Source: Pseudomonadales bacterium
Lineage (GTDB): Bacteria; Pseudomonadota; Gammaproteobacteria; Pseudomonadales; DC-out160
Length of the DNA stretch: 64,000 nt
Reading direction: 5' to 3'
Assembly: GCA_019090455.1 (NCBI GenBank)
Contig: JAHRWA010000010.1
Location: forward strand, 211,366-275,365
The position numbers were made by a program, and so were the translations under genes. Shown here piece by piece: positions 9,641 through 21,116 of this stretch; position 1 is the first letter of the stretch; the number at the start of each line of letters is the position of its first letter. Under the pieces are notes generated by a model, which saw nothing but the letters and a program-made list of their open reading frames with translations, ran no database searches and had not been told where the DNA came from.

Positions 9641-10114
9641 TTAGCGTAAATCATCGACATGTTGTAACCAGTTCAGCTCAGCCATGCCCGGTTGAAGCAT
9701 TTCCACTTCCAGGCATGCTAGCGAAGCCGTATCCATTCCCACACGCGGTGAGGTTTCCCCCCAAACCAAATAAGTAATAAGGCTACTAACCAATGGCTGA
9801 TGACTTACCATCAACAAATCACCTGTCATATGCTCATCCAGTGATTTAACAGTACGAGTTACCGGAATATCAGGAGTGATATTTGCATTTTCAATAATGT
9901 CAGTTGTTAATTTCGCAACTTCCTTAAATATTGCTGCCGTTTGTCTCGCCCTTAGATACGGGCTGCAAATGATGCGCTCAATCCCATCGGCATGGGTGGC
10001 ACAATAATCAGCAATGGCTTGCACCTGTGAAACACCATGCTCGGTCAAAGCTCTCTCTGCATCACTGGCGGCAACTCTCTGCGCTGCACCATGCCTCAGT
10101 ATGTACAATTTCAT
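9641..10114 (-). CDS. sixA: Phosphohistidine phosphatase SixA
   Basis: MKLYILRHG, SPYLRARQTA, VSHQP; likely start ATG 10114 (ORF extends to 10147). Confidence 0.88.
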   Translation of the reverse strand: MKLYILRHGAAQRVAASDAERALTEHGVSQVQAIADYCATHADGIERIICSPYLRARQTAAIFKEVAKLTTDIIENANITPDIPVTRTVKSLDEHMTGDLLMVSHQPLVSSLITYLVWGETSPRVGMDTASLACLEVEMLQPGMAELNWLQHVDDLR

Positions 10115-10171
10115 AGGATGAATCTCTAATGATTTGTTGTCTGACAATTCATTCGAAGTCTAATCACTTCT

Positions 10172-11191
10172 TTATTTCGCTTCAAACTCCACATCACTAG
10201 TGTGATCCCCTAACATAAGGCCTTTGATGACGTTTTGCAGCGGCTGATGATCGAAGATAATCGAATATAATCCAGAGACTAGCGGCATATAAATACCCAA
10301 CTCATCTGCTTTTTCTTTAACCATCTTTATTGTGTTGATTCCTTCCGCTGTTTGTCCAATTGTGTCTATCGCATCATCTAATGATTTACCCTGCCCTAGC
10401 AAAAAACCTACCTGAAAATTTCGACTTAAATGGGAACTACAAGTAGCCACTAGATCTCCCACGCCTGCCAATCCCAAAAAGGTCATAGGATCCGCTCCAA
10501 GCGTTTTTGCAAATCGACCCATTTCAGCAAGACTACGGGTAATCAGCATACTTCTCGTATTCTCTCCCGTCTTCATGGCTTCTGCCATTCCCGATGCGAC
10601 GGCATATATATTTTTTAACGCGCCCCCCAGCTCAACACCGTAGACATCGGAACTGGCGTAAACACGAAATTTTTCAGAAGATAGGGAGTCTTGAATGGTG
10701 GTACAGACCGTTCCCTGATCACTGGCAATCACCGTCGCAGTGGGGGAACCCATCAATATTTCTTTCGCCAAATTCGGGCCGCTTAAGACACCTACAGAAT
10801 GGTCGCCTAATTCTTCTTGTAATATCTTGCTCATCAAACAAAAACTTTGCCGCTCAATTCCCTTAGTCGTGGATATCAGAATTGTCTCTTGAGACAACGA
10901 TGGTTTGATTTGTTTCACGACATCTCGAAACACTTGACTGGGAATGGACAGGTAAACAATATCTGCATTCTTCACTGCAGACTCAATTTCATTGGTAGCA
11001 AGGATATGCTGATTGAGCTTAATTCCAGGTAAGTACTTGGTATTCTCTTGCAAATCATTAATTGATTTGACTTGAGTTTCATCCCGCATCCACCATTGCA
11101 CTTGGTGACCTTTACCCGCGCAAATATTAGCAATGGCAGTACCAAAACTACCGCCTCCTAACACACAAACTACATGACGCCGCTTCGCCAT
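10172..11191 (-). CDS. gpsA: NAD(P)H-dependent glycerol-3-phosphate dehydrogenase
   Basis: GGGSFGTA, SGPNLAKE, GGALKN, GLAGVGDLVATCSSHLSRN. Confidence 0.95.
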   Translation of the reverse strand: MAKRRHVVCVLGGGSFGTAIANICAGKGHQVQWWMRDETQVKSINDLQENTKYLPGIKLNQHILATNEIESAVKNADIVYLSIPSQVFRDVVKQIKPSLSQETILISTTKGIERQSFCLMSKILQEELGDHSVGVLSGPNLAKEILMGSPTATVIASDQGTVCTTIQDSLSSEKFRVYASSDVYGVELGGALKNIYAVASGMAEAMKTGENTRSMLITRSLAEMGRFAKTLGADPMTFLGLAGVGDLVATCSSHLSRNFQVGFLLGQGKSLDDAIDTIGQTAEGINTIKMVKEKADELGIYMPLVSGLYSIIFDHQPLQNVIKGLMLGDHTSDVEFEAK

Positions 11192-11476
11192 CAGATTTAA
11201 TATTCCTGTCAGTATTACTCGATTACATCATAAAAAGTCTGTACCGATTATACGGGCAAACTCCCTGCATCGGTAATGGTTAACGTAAAGGAAACACAAT
11301 TAAATTTGAGGCAGTAAAATCTAACGAATACTCGGAATAACAGACAGTCACGATAATCGACAACTAATGTTCCTACAGATCATATAAAACCTAAACGTAG
11401 GTAATAGTCGAAGGGAGACAAAAACAGACTATCGTACTATTTCGACATACTATTTTGACTGTATTATTTCGAGCCA

Positions 11477-11794
11477 TTACAGCCAACGAGATAATACGAG
11501 TTCTGTTTCTAGAAAATCTTTTGTACCTGCAGGACCACTCACTTCCAGCCATACGGGTCCTTGATTAGATTCAATCGACAAGCTAAAGCGTAAAAAGGAA
11601 TTACATTTGGTTTCAAGATATAACCAATCCGTCACTAGAATCATATCTTCTTCGTTCGATGAAAAACGCAGCTTGTATCCGTTTTCCACTTCTAACACTT
11701 GTTTTATAGAATCAAGAACAACACCCAGTATTTCAGTTCTTTCATCGAGAGCATCGTTCTTTGAATAAATTCGCTTGGGATCAATCTTATACAC
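11477..11794 (-). CDS. Conserved hypothetical small protein
   Basis: ENGYKLRF...ETKCNSFLRFSL...GPVWLEVSGPAGTKDFL; GTG start with GGAG RBS. Confidence 0.7.
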   Translation of the reverse strand: MYKIDPKRIYSKNDALDERTEILGVVLDSIKQVLEVENGYKLRFSSNEEDMILVTDWLYLETKCNSFLRFSLSIESNQGPVWLEVSGPAGTKDFLETELVLSRWL

Positions 11795-12053
11795 ACTGAT
11801 TCTCCACTCGTTTTAGATCACTCGCATTAACTAAATTTTTTAGCACTCTTTTAGGAATAGCACAGGAAGGTTGACTAGAACAGGTGACGCTATGAAGTAT
11901 TCAGTATATTTAAATTGATTTCTATTTTGGTTTTTACTTAAACGAATACCACGATTGCAGACACTCGTAACCTTGAAGAGGACCCTTGGCTTTATCGAAA
12001 ACCATTTAAAAAATGGGTCATCTCTAGATCGATAAGGGATTATCGATGAATAG

Positions 12054-12088
12054 AATTACCACTACCCATAAATGAAATAGTGGTAATT
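12054..12088 (-). terminator. Probable hairpin/terminator after htpG
   Basis: 11-bp inverted repeat AATTACCACTA / TAGTGGTAATT just downstream of the htpG stop. Confidence 0.4.
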
Positions 12089-12106
12089 AAAAGAGCAATA
12101 AACATC

Positions 12107-14047
12107 CTACTTGGATATTTCCAATAACAAATTATTGATGCGTTTCACGTATGCTGAAGGATCATCAAGCTGACTTCCTTCCGCTAATGTGGCTTGATCA
12201 AAAACAACTAGCGCTAAGTCCTTGAATCGATCTTCCTGAATTTCATCCTTCATTTTCTCAACGATCGGATGACTAGGATTAATCTCTAGAGTCGCTTTAG
12301 TTTCAGGAACAGCCTGCCCTGCCGCTTTCATTATTTGCTGCATTTGGGCTCCCATATCGTTATTCCCTAACACCAAACATGCTGGAGAGTCAGTTAAACG
12401 AGTTGTAACTCGAACATCTTCAACCTTGTCTGCTAACGCCTCTTTAACTCGCTTAACGATTTCCTCAGATGTTTTTTCGAGTTTTTCTTGATCATCTTTC
12501 TCGCTATTATCCGCCAGCTCACCAAGATCCAATTCACCTTTGCTAATATTCTCAAATTGTTTGCCATCAAATTCAGTGAGATAACTCATCATCCACTCAT
12601 CAATTCGATCGGTCATCAGGATGACGTCTATCCCTTTTTTGCGAAAGACTTCTATATGAGGGCTGTTCACAACCGCGTTATAACTTTCACCACTAATGTA
12701 ATAAATCTTGTTTTGCCCTTCTTTCATTTTTCCAACATAGTCCTCTAGAGACTGTGTCTGGCCCTCTCCCCCCGCTGAAGTAGTAGCAAAACGCAGCAAC
12801 TTAGCGACCTTCTCTTTATTGGAAAAGTCTTCGCCGGGCCCTTCTTTCAATACTTGACCAAACTCTTGCCAAAGTCCTTGATACCCATCTTTGTCATTTT
12901 TAGCGAGTTTTATCAGCATATCTAATACACGCTTGGTCAAAGCACTTTTCATGCTTTCTACGCTTTTATTTCCCTGTAGTATTTCTCGCGATATATTCAA
13001 GGGCAGATCATTTGAATCGAGAATACCTTTAATGAACCTTAAGTATGAGGGCAAAAACTGTTCAGCCTCATCCATAATAAAAACGCGCTGTACATACAAC
13101 TTAAGACCTTTTGGTGCATCTCTGTTGTACATATCAAATGGCGCGCGCTTGGGAATATACAACAAGCTATTGTATTCGAGCTTGCCTTCTACTCGGTTAT
13201 GACTCCAAGTCGCTGGCTCTTCGAAATCATGGCTAATATGTTTGTAGAACTCTTTGTATTCTTCATCGGTAATCTCACTTCGAGAACGCGTCCAAAGCGC
13301 AGTAGCTTTATTGACGGCTTCATATTCAGGCGCTTTGTCTTCTTCTTTCTTCGCTTCAGTTTCCCCTTCATCACCCTCTTCCGGCATTGAGGGCATTTCT
13401 TCCTTTTCCATTTCTACAGGCAAGGAAATGTGATCAGAATATTTGCGTATGATATTACGTAAACGATACCCATCGGCGAATTCAGATTCGTCCTCATTGA
13501 GGTGTACTACGATGGTGGTTCCTCGTTTCGCTACATCAATATTCTCAACGGTGAATTCACCCTCCCCCTCTGATACCCATTTGACACCGGTGTCTGAAGC
13601 AGCACCTGCTTTTCGGCTCAGGACCTCAACCTGTTTTGCAACGATAAACGAAGAATAAAACCCAACGCCAAACTGACCTATCATTTGCGAATCTTTTTGC
13701 TGATCGCCAGACAGTGATTCGAGAAACTGGGAAGTCCCTGATTTCGCAATCGTTCCCAGATGCTCAATGACATCTTCACGGCTCATCCCAATACCGTTGT
13801 CAATGATAGAAACTGTATTGGCCTCTTTATCAAACTCGATTCGAATCTTTAAATCTGGATCTTCGCTGAGTAAAGAGCCATCTGTCAGACTTTCGAATCT
13901 GAGTTTATCCACTGCGTCCGATGCATTGGATATCAGCTCTCGCAAAAATATCTCTTTATTACTGTACAAAGAATGCACCATCAGATGCAGTAATTTAGAA
14001 ACTTCGGTTTGAAATCCAAGGGTTTGTTTTTCTGCAGTTTCTGCCAT
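12107..14047 (-). CDS. htpG: Molecular chaperone HtpG (Hsp90)
   Basis: [53 protein letters not shown]. Confidence 0.97.
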   Translation of the reverse strand: MAETAEKQTLGFQTEVSKLLHLMVHSLYSNKEIFLRELISNASDAVDKLRFESLTDGSLLSEDPDLKIRIEFDKEANTVSIIDNGIGMSREDVIEHLGTIAKSGTSQFLESLSGDQQKDSQMIGQFGVGFYSSFIVAKQVEVLSRKAGAASDTGVKWVSEGEGEFTVENIDVAKRGTTIVVHLNEDESEFADGYRLRNIIRKYSDHISLPVEMEKEEMPSMPEEGDEGETEAKKEEDKAPEYEAVNKATALWTRSRSEITDEEYKEFYKHISHDFEEPATWSHNRVEGKLEYNSLLYIPKRAPFDMYNRDAPKGLKLYVQRVFIMDEAEQFLPSYLRFIKGILDSNDLPLNISREILQGNKSVESMKSALTKRVLDMLIKLAKNDKDGYQGLWQEFGQVLKEGPGEDFSNKEKVAKLLRFATTSAGGEGQTQSLEDYVGKMKEGQNKIYYISGESYNAVVNSPHIEVFRKKGIDVILMTDRIDEWMMSYLTEFDGKQFENISKGELDLGELADNSEKDDQEKLEKTSEEIVKRVKEALADKVEDVRVTTRLTDSPACLVLGNNDMGAQMQQIMKAAGQAVPETKATLEINPSHPIVEKMKDEIQEDRFKDLALVVFDQATLAEGSQLDDPSAYVKRINNLLLEISK

Positions 14048-14140
14048 GTTTAAAAATTCCTTTCGCCAAGCATTGATTTTACTATCGTTTAACGTGTTTC
14101 ATTATTGATTATATTTGCAGCGCTCACTGCCAATGAAGAA

Positions 14141-14170
14141 TAGATGGGGACAGGCTCGCCTCTTTTCAAG
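14141..14170 (-). promoter_or_regulatory. Sigma32 (RpoH) heat-shock promoter of htpG
   Basis: Minus strand reads CTTGAA-N15-CCCCATCTA, about 95 bp upstream of the htpG start. Confidence 0.85.
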
Positions 14171-14327
14171 TCACATCGATCATCCATCACGTTTAACCCT
14201 ATATAACCCTGCTTAGAGACTCTGATTAGTGATTTTGAAAAGACAACCTTAAAAAGTGTGGAGCCTGTCTAAGTTAGGACAAAGAGTAAGGATCTGTTTT
14301 AATAATGCGCTTTTTTCTAGACTTATA

Positions 14328-14355
14328 TTTGTGGTGTAATCTCTTGCACCACAAA
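14328..14355. promoter_or_regulatory. Inverted repeat (possible operator or hairpin) upstream of the outer-membrane protein gene
   Basis: TTTGTGGTGTAA-tctc-TTGCACCACAAA, 12-bp arms with one mismatch. Confidence 0.35.
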
Positions 14356-14417
14356 CCTTACCTTTTAGGTAGGCTTTTGACTACTATATAAAAAACAGCA
14401 CAAAGTAAGGATGATTT

Positions 14418-15542
14418 TTGCTACCGACCTATTACAGGCAAAACCCACAAACTCTAGTTCTGTGGATGATTCTGTTAACCTCAGCTCTCCTGTACGCTCC
14501 TCTTGCTAGCGGGCTTGCTATAGCAACAAATAATAGTGATTTGGCGCTTAGCAGCCATACTCTTGACCCCAGTGCACAACCTGCCAATGAAGACCCAACT
14601 GAGCCCCCCCCAACGTCTGATATAAATAAATTTTTAACACCCTGTACAACGAAGATTACAGGTGAGCTATCCTGGTTAGATCGCACCCACACCGCATTGT
14701 CACGTCAAGTATGCAACCAAGCCAAACGCTTTGATCGTTTTTTCGGGGATATAAACTACGAAACAAACGATGCAACTAGCTTCATTCGAATTCGAAATAG
14801 TTTTATTTTCAAACGAAGTGAAGATTCAAATTTTGAGTTCGCTCCTCGAATTAAGGCGAGAATCTATTTGCCCAGCGCGAGACAAAGAATCAACTTAATC
14901 ATCAGTGATGATACCGAAAACCAGGATAGTATTTCGTCGTCAACAGAAACGACAACCAATAGTATCGAAGAAAAAAAAAATGTTTCTACGGCTTTAAGAT
15001 GGGTGATCCCCTACATTAAGTTTGTGAAACTAGATGTCGATGTAGGCGCCCGATTTAATAACGGCTTCACCACCTTCGTTAAACTTCGTTCCAGAAAAAG
15101 ATTTCAAATTGATGAGCGAGGGATATTAACCGCAACAGGAACGCTTTTTTGGATAGATCACGAAGGATTCGGAGAGCGAACTCAGCTCGATTACGAACAA
15201 ATCATTTCTAAGAATTACCTTTTACGGTGGACATCGGCGGGCAACTTTTCACAAAGTACAAAGGGGATTGACTATAGCCAGCGAATAACCTTATATCAGC
15301 AATTCGATAAGCATCGAGCCATGTCATACTATATTGGCATGAATGGATCAACTCGCCCATACCCCCTACTGGAAGAGTACGGTTTAGGCGTGCGCTATCG
15401 TAAGGACATTCATCACGGTTGGCTTTTTCTTGAAATTGAACCCGAGCTTTTCTGGCCCTCAGAAGAAGATCGGGACACTATTTGGCGTTTTACAGTGCGA
15501 TTAGAAGCGCAATTTGGCCAAAGGCGAAATGCCGAACCTTAA
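14418..15542 (+). CDS. Hypothetical exported protein, probable outer-membrane beta-barrel
   Basis: Signal-like N-terminus, DRFFGD motif, alternating beta-strand pattern, terminal strand WRFTVRLEAQF. Confidence 0.65.
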   Translation: MLPTYYRQNPQTLVLWMILLTSALLYAPLASGLAIATNNSDLALSSHTLDPSAQPANEDPTEPPPTSDINKFLTPCTTKITGELSWLDRTHTALSRQVCNQAKRFDRFFGDINYETNDATSFIRIRNSFIFKRSEDSNFEFAPRIKARIYLPSARQRINLIISDDTENQDSISSSTETTTNSIEEKKNVSTALRWVIPYIKFVKLDVDVGARFNNGFTTFVKLRSRKRFQIDERGILTATGTLFWIDHEGFGERTQLDYEQIISKNYLLRWTSAGNFSQSTKGIDYSQRITLYQQFDKHRAMSYYIGMNGSTRPYPLLEEYGLGVRYRKDIHHGWLFLEIEPELFWPSEEDRDTIWRFTVRLEAQFGQRRNAEP

Positions 15543-16080
15543 TACCTCGACTAGACTAAACAACATGTATCGATTGAATGTTGAAAAGTTTCCCTCTATC
15601 GCGAGTCTCTATTCCGCTTGGCTAGTATTGCTTTATATTATCGTGGCTTACGCTATTGCCACCGGAGATATGCTTTACCGAATGGAACAGGTCATTGATT
15701 ACCTAGGAAATATATCGTCTTCTCGTACACGCGAAAATACAGCAACAATATTAATGGCCATGGCCCTCTTCACAGAGCTAGTGCCACTTTGGTTTGGCGC
15801 TATTTTAATTAGACTTGAAGCGCCTCATCGTCGATGGATGCGCTGGCCTCTTACTGCTTTCTGCCTAGGAATCGCCTATACAGTTGTACACAACACATCA
15901 AAACTCCACAGTTTATATTATAACTTAATCGGGCCACACGATTGGATCTTCGCAGGGGCAACAGTGGCTTTCATGCTATTGATTATTGTTGTGTTACACG
16001 GAAAAGGTAATTCCGATAGAGAAGACCCAACAGCATTGCGGGACCCAGAATTTAAGGATTCAGATGCAGCGAAAAACTAA
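15514..16080 (+). CDS. Hypothetical integral membrane protein (about 4 TM helices)
   Basis: Four hydrophobic segments; true start may be ATG 15565. Confidence 0.65.
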   Translation: MAKGEMPNLNTSTRLNNMYRLNVEKFPSIASLYSAWLVLLYIIVAYAIATGDMLYRMEQVIDYLGNISSSRTRENTATILMAMALFTELVPLWFGAILIRLEAPHRRWMRWPLTAFCLGIAYTVVHNTSKLHSLYYNLIGPHDWIFAGATVAFMLLIIVVLHGKGNSDREDPTALRDPEFKDSDAAKN

Positions 16081-16136
16081 TCCGCCGTTGTTTTTATCCG
16101 TCGCTGTTTTGCAACAGACACTTTAGCAAAAACACG

Positions 16137-16189
16137 AGTTCTAAACGTAAAAAAGGCAGTGTATCACTGCCTTTTTTACGTTTAGAACT
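16137..16189. terminator. Bidirectional intrinsic terminator
   Basis: Perfect 25-bp inverted repeat with 3-nt loop and A6/T6 tracts, between convergent genes. Confidence 0.85.
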
Positions 16190-16209
16190 TTGTAACTCGC
16201 GACTTAATG

Positions 16210-17085
16210 CTACCAGCCAGTTAACTCTTTTAGAGCCAAACCCATTTCTGCAGGGTTTCGAACCGTTTTAACGCCAGCAGCTTCAAGTGCGGCAAATTTT
16301 TCATCCGCTGTACCTTTACCACCCGCAATAATCGCTCCAGCATGCCCCATACGTTTTCCTGCAGGTGCCGTGACTCCAGCAATGTAAGAGACTACCGGTT
16401 TAGTAACATGTTCTTTGATGTATTCCGCAGCTTCATCCTCAGCCGACCCACCAATTTCACCAACCATGATTATTGCTTCAGTCTTGTCATCATTCTGGAA
16501 TAATTCCAGCGCATCAATGAATGTTGTACCCGGAATGGGATCTCCTCCTATTCCGATACAAGTCGTCTGACCAAAACCCAACTCAGTGGTTTGATTAACC
16601 GCCTCATAAGTTAAAGTTCCAGATCGCGAAACAATACCGACTCGGCCAGGTTGGTGAATATGGCCAGGCATAATACCTATTTTGCATTCCCCTGGAGTAA
16701 TGATTCCAGGACAATTTGGCCCAATAACTCGTATGCCTTTCTTGCCTGAAATATACTCTTTTACAAATAGCATATCTAAAGCAGGAATACCTTCAGTAAT
16801 ACAAACAATCAACTCAATGCCTGCATCAGCAGCTTCTACAATAGAATCCTTACAAAATGCCGCGGGCACATAAATCACACTCGCAGTTGCTCCTGTCTTT
16901 TCTACCGCTTGTGCCACGGTATCAAATACAGGAAGCCCTAGATGGGTAGTACCACCTTTTCCAGGAGTAACTCCACCGACCATTTTTGTACCATAGGCAA
17001 TAGATTGTTCAGTATGCAGAGACCCTTGAGATCCTGTGATTCCCTGACAGATAACTTTTGTATCTTTATTAATTAAAACACTCAT
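16210..17085 (-). CDS. sucD: Succinyl-CoA synthetase alpha subunit
   Basis: [31 protein letters not shown]. Confidence 0.97.
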   Translation of the reverse strand: MSVLINKDTKVICQGITGSQGSLHTEQSIAYGTKMVGGVTPGKGGTTHLGLPVFDTVAQAVEKTGATASVIYVPAAFCKDSIVEAADAGIELIVCITEGIPALDMLFVKEYISGKKGIRVIGPNCPGIITPGECKIGIMPGHIHQPGRVGIVSRSGTLTYEAVNQTTELGFGQTTCIGIGGDPIPGTTFIDALELFQNDDKTEAIIMVGEIGGSAEDEAAEYIKEHVTKPVVSYIAGVTAPAGKRMGHAGAIIAGGKGTADEKFAALEAAGVKTVRNPAEMGLALKELTGW

Positions 17086-18251
17086 TATTTACCCTCCACT
17101 GCGGCAACAACTTTTTCAGCAGCGTCGTTAAAACTTTCAGCGGTTATAATGTTCAAACCACTTTCACTTAGTCTCTTTTTTCCTAGCTCAGCATTATTGC
17201 CTTCCAGACGAACAACAACAGGTACTTTCACACCTACTTCTTCCACTGCCCCGATAACACCGTCTGCAATCAAATCACACCGTACAATTCCGCCGAAAAT
17301 ATTCACCAGCACCGCTTGGACTTTGTCATCCGAAAGAATAATCTTGAACGCTTCTGTAACACGCTCCTTGGTCGCACCACCACCGACATCAAGGAAGTTT
17401 GCCGGATTACCCCCTTTCAACTGAACAAGGTCCATAGTACCCATCGCTAATCCGGCACCATTAACCATACAACCTATATTACCATCTAGAGACACGTAGT
17501 TAAGATCCCATTCCGCCGCTTTACGCTCACGTTCATCTTCTTGTGTAGGATCTTCCATTTCTTTCAATTGAGGTTGTCGATACAATGCACTGCCATCAAT
17601 ACCAACTTTGGCATCCAAGCAGTGTAAATCGCCAGCATCAGTAATAACTAAAGGATTTATTTCAACTAAAGCGAGATCTTTTTCTACAAATAATTTCGCC
17701 AAACCTAAGAATATTTTGGTGAACTGTTTGACTTGAGTCGCATTCAACCCAAGTTTAAATGCGATTTCTCGAGCTTGATAGGGCTGTGCGCCCACCAGAG
17801 GATCAATGGCCGCTTTGAGAATTTTCTCAGGAGTTTCTTCTGCAACCTTTTCAATCTCGACACCACCTTCTGTTGATGCCATGAAAACGACTCGACGGGT
17901 TGCTCGATCAAGTACAGCACCCAAATACAATTCATTCGCAATCTCAGTACACGGCTCTACCAATATTTTGGTAACCGGCTGCCCTCGCTCATCAGTTTGA
18001 TAGGTCACCATACGAGTGCCTAGATGCTTCTTAGCAAAAGCGCTGATTTCATCTTTACTTGTCACTAATGCAACGCCGCCCGCTTTACCTCGACCACCTG
18101 CGTGAACCTGAGCTTTAACCACCCATTTAGTGCCACCAATCAGGTCAGCTGCTTCAGCCGCCGCTTCCGGTGTATCGACTGCATAGCCTTTGGATACCGG
18201 TAGTCCATATTCAGCAAATAGCTGTTTGCCTTGGTACTCGTGTAAATTCAT
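17085..18251 (-). CDS. sucC: Succinyl-CoA synthetase beta subunit
   Basis: [40 protein letters not shown]. Confidence 0.97.
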   Translation of the reverse strand: MNLHEYQGKQLFAEYGLPVSKGYAVDTPEAAAEAADLIGGTKWVVKAQVHAGGRGKAGGVALVTSKDEISAFAKKHLGTRMVTYQTDERGQPVTKILVEPCTEIANELYLGAVLDRATRRVVFMASTEGGVEIEKVAEETPEKILKAAIDPLVGAQPYQAREIAFKLGLNATQVKQFTKIFLGLAKLFVEKDLALVEINPLVITDAGDLHCLDAKVGIDGSALYRQPQLKEMEDPTQEDERERKAAEWDLNYVSLDGNIGCMVNGAGLAMGTMDLVQLKGGNPANFLDVGGGATKERVTEAFKIILSDDKVQAVLVNIFGGIVRCDLIADGVIGAVEEVGVKVPVVVRLEGNNAELGKKRLSESGLNIITAESFNDAAEKVVAAVEGK

Positions 18252-18382
18252 TACATTTTACCACTTTAACTTGCGTAACCTTTTGCAGTATTAGCCTGTA
18301 AAAGGTGAGATTGTTTTACGATGTGACTTTAGAATCAAAAAACGTGAAACTTAGTGTTAATCGGTTCCTTTAGCCCATCACC

Positions 18383-19837
<1,455 letters not shown>

Positions 19838-19854
19838 CTATTCAATAAGCGGAT

Positions 19855-21060
19855 TTAGATTTCCAACAATAACCGTGTAGGATCTTCTACAAACTCTTTT
19901 ACTGTTACCAGAAACTGAACTGCATCCTTACCGTCGATCAAACGATGGTCATAAGACACAGCCAAATACATCATCGGTAATATCTCGACTTTACCATCAA
20001 CAGCCATAGGTCGCTCTTGAATTTTGTGCATACCTAAGATTGCGGTTTGGGGAGGGTTTAAAATCGGTGTCGAAAACAATGAGCCAAAGACTCCGCCATT
20101 TGAAATGGTAAACGTTCCACCTGTCATGTCATCAATACTGAGCTTGCCATCACGAGCTTTAAGTCCATAGTCAAAGATCTGTTGCTCCGTTTCTGCTAGG
20201 CTCTTTTTATTCACATCTCGCAATATAGGCACGACCAATCCGCGTTCGGTTGAAACAGCGACGCCAACATCATAAAACCCGTGATAAACCACATCGCTTC
20301 CATCAAGAGAAGCGTTAACCGCTGGATAGCGTTTTAAGGCTTCAACACAGGCACGCACAAAAAAGCCCATAAACCCAAGCTTCACACCATGTTCTTTTTC
20401 AAAAGCCTCTTTGTAGTTTTTACGCAAGGTCATGATCGGCTTCATGTTGACTTCATTAAAAGTCGTTAACATTGCTGTGTCATTTTTGGCTTGCATTAAA
20501 CGTTGCGCAATTCGAGCACGAAGACGCGTCATGGGCACACGTTTTTCTTCACGCTCGTTCAAAGCTGTAGCCGGAGTTGAAACTTCAGCTATTTTAGCCG
20601 ACGCCGTCGTGGCACTAGGAGCTACCGGCTTAGACTTCAAGTAGCCAACAACGTCTTCCTTAGTAATTCGCCCGCCTTTGCCAGTGCCAGTAACTAAGCT
20701 AACATCTACATCCTTTTCAGCGACTAACTTTCTAACCGCTGGACTCAAAGCAAGATCAGCAACCTCTGTTGATGCCTGAGAAACTGCTTCAGCTTTAGGC
20801 TCCGCAGCAGCTACACCAGCAGCGCCAGCTTCAAAATAGCCAAGGACTTCCAGGCTTAATACAGTAACGCCTTCTTCTCGGGTAATTTCCTTCAATACAC
20901 CATCAGCAGGTGCAACGACTTCTAATACTACTTTGTCGGTTTCTATATCAACGATCAACTCATCTCTAGTCACAGCCTCGCCTGCTTGCTTGTGCCATGT
21001 CGCGACGACTCCGTCCGCAACGGACTCAGGAAACTGGGGTGCCTTGATTTCGATAGTCAT
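19855..21060 (-). CDS. sucB: 2-oxoglutarate dehydrogenase E2 (dihydrolipoamide succinyltransferase)
   Basis: Lipoyl motif [26 protein letters not shown]. Confidence 0.96.
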   Translation of the reverse strand: MTIEIKAPQFPESVADGVVATWHKQAGEAVTRDELIVDIETDKVVLEVVAPADGVLKEITREEGVTVLSLEVLGYFEAGAAGVAAAEPKAEAVSQASTEVADLALSPAVRKLVAEKDVDVSLVTGTGKGGRITKEDVVGYLKSKPVAPSATTASAKIAEVSTPATALNEREEKRVPMTRLRARIAQRLMQAKNDTAMLTTFNEVNMKPIMTLRKNYKEAFEKEHGVKLGFMGFFVRACVEALKRYPAVNASLDGSDVVYHGFYDVGVAVSTERGLVVPILRDVNKKSLAETEQQIFDYGLKARDGKLSIDDMTGGTFTISNGGVFGSLFSTPILNPPQTAILGMHKIQERPMAVDGKVEILPMMYLAVSYDHRLIDGKDAVQFLVTVKEFVEDPTRLLLEI

Positions 21061-21116
21061 GTTATGTCCTTGAATTTCAATTTAACGGATACTCAAATGA
21101 TGTTGCTCATTGAAAA

